The notes under the pieces were generated by a model. That model worked only from the letters and a program-made list of their open reading frames with translations, did not search any database and was not told the origin of the DNA. DNA of 64,000 nucleotides from positions 52,824,001 to 52,888,000 of the forward strand of contig OZ287754.1 of NCBI GenBank assembly GCA_965649765.1. The letters are read 5' to 3'. The stretch comes from Bispira polyomma. Its lineage: Eukaryota. Made by a program: the position numbers and the translations under genes. This document shows, one piece after another, positions 62,557 through 64,000 of this stretch. Position 1 is the first letter of the stretch, and every line of letters starts with the position of its first letter.

Positions 62557-63271
62557 AGGCAAACATAAATACAAATAAATATATTTTAATTTTTTTGGTA
62601 TAATTGTAAATTGCTGTTGACATTTGGCGATGACACATGGGTGTACCGCCTGGTGATGTATCAGTAATTGTATGAATGTTTATTTACTGTCACACAATAA
62701 CACAGAGGTGTACATGGTGAACGTACAGTAAATCTAGTGTACATGTATATGTGTCACTGTTAACACTAGTATTAACACATTGGTGTATTATAATTGGTGA
62801 TATAAAACAGTGATTGTTTAAATGTGTCTGACTGGTCCCTCAATACACACATAACAAATTACCCAGGTGTGTTTGTGGTTGAATGTTATTACCGTTAACA
62901 CATAGCATTCGTAAACCAAAAATGGTATTTACCTGAGGTGAATATTATGGTGGTATAAAACAGTAATAAGTGTGTCTGTGAATTGCTGCTGTTAACACAA
63001 GTATTTAGTCAACCAAAAATGGTACTTACCTTAGGTGAATACTTGGTGGAATAAAACAGTGGTTGATTGTGAACATTCCCTACAAATAACTTACATGTGG
63101 AATACACACTAAGGTGACATCACAAAGGTTATTAACCAAGGTGAACACTGGTGTGAACAATTTCTGTCCTGGTCATATCTAAATTTTTACGCTTTTACGC
63201 ATATAGCATTGACCGGAATCATACGGAGATAACAAGGCAACATTTGAGCTACATTGGTGTTGTAAGCTAGT

Positions 63272-64000
63272 ATGAACAGTAGGAAATCTAAAAGCTGGAT
63301 CCAGGTTATGTCGGACTGGATTCCTAAATGGCCAAAAAGACAGTCAGGCGACCGATTAATTACATCCGGTCTTGATGATGAAATACAATTCAATAAAGTC
63401 CCTGCAAGGCATTCAAAGGGTACTTTGAATCAATCGGCTCCAGCCGTACTTAGTGAAAATCAGAAGTATTCCTCCAGGAGTAATATGGCTGAGAATTTGA
63501 AACCATTCAGGGCAGACGATTCGGATAATGAGTATTATGATACATCTGATGAACTTAGTGACATGATTAGACCAAAACACTCTACTCCATACAAGACTAA
63601 TAAGACAAGTGGTATTAGTACACATGGGGATGGTAATATCAACACTAGGTTAAGGCCTGAAGCCAGAGAATGGGTTCCAGATAGACCAAAAAAGGTTAGA
63701 CAAGTAAAGGTTGGGGACACAGCTAACACAGAAGGTGTGGGAATGGGTGATATTCCAAACCAAATAGACGAAAACAATGTGACCCTGACAAGTTTGACGG
63801 AGAAAAAATTGACTGGACAGACTACCTTAAACACTTTGAAACTGTTTCTGGGTGGAATGGTTGGAGTTATCAAGAAAAAGGTATGCAGTTAGCCATAAGC
63901 TTAAGAGGACAGGCCCAACGGGTACTTGGTGACCTATCTTTCTATGGGGCTGTGGAAGACTTTGATTCACTGGTTAAGGAGTTAACTAGGAGATTTAGTC
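63272..64000 (+). pseudogene. gag: Gypsy (Ty3) Gag, frameshifted, continuing beyond the window
   Basis: ORF 63272 shifts frame at ~63700-63760 into RRKQCDPDKFDGEKIDWTDYLKHFETVSGWNGWSYQEKGMQLAISLRGQAQRVL...LVKELTRRFS, a typical Gypsy capsid N-terminus. Confidence 0.85.

Overview
AT-rich, repeat-dense animal (invertebrate-type) nuclear DNA. No prokaryotic operons, rRNA, true tRNA or CRISPR were seen. The left 14 kb holds a spliced minus-strand gene with 7 phase-compatible GT-AG exons (13658->2854). It encodes a disordered protein with SIM-like and MIU-like motifs, and one exon carries a TGA and a +1 frameshift, so it is a probable pseudogene or null allele. Most of the rest is layered mobile DNA: five tRNA-derived Meta/MESC-like SINEs; a Mutator deletion derivative; two Helentron-type (HINE) elements; a fossil Polinton/Maverick (integrase and capsid remnants); and a decayed two-gene PIF/Harbinger element. 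A probable ~28.9-kb CACTA/EnSpm-type element (27987-56867) carries spliced DUF4806-like exons and many nested insertions. These include a nearly intact CR1/L2-group LINE with a 2A ribosome-skip motif, a Penelope-like element bounded by a 15-bp TSD with a poly(A) on its antisense strand, a 4 x 956-bp tandem array, and MITEs. The window ends in the 5' part of a Gypsy LTR retrotransposon with a tRNA-His PBS. All family assignments come from manual motif recognition and were not checked by database search.
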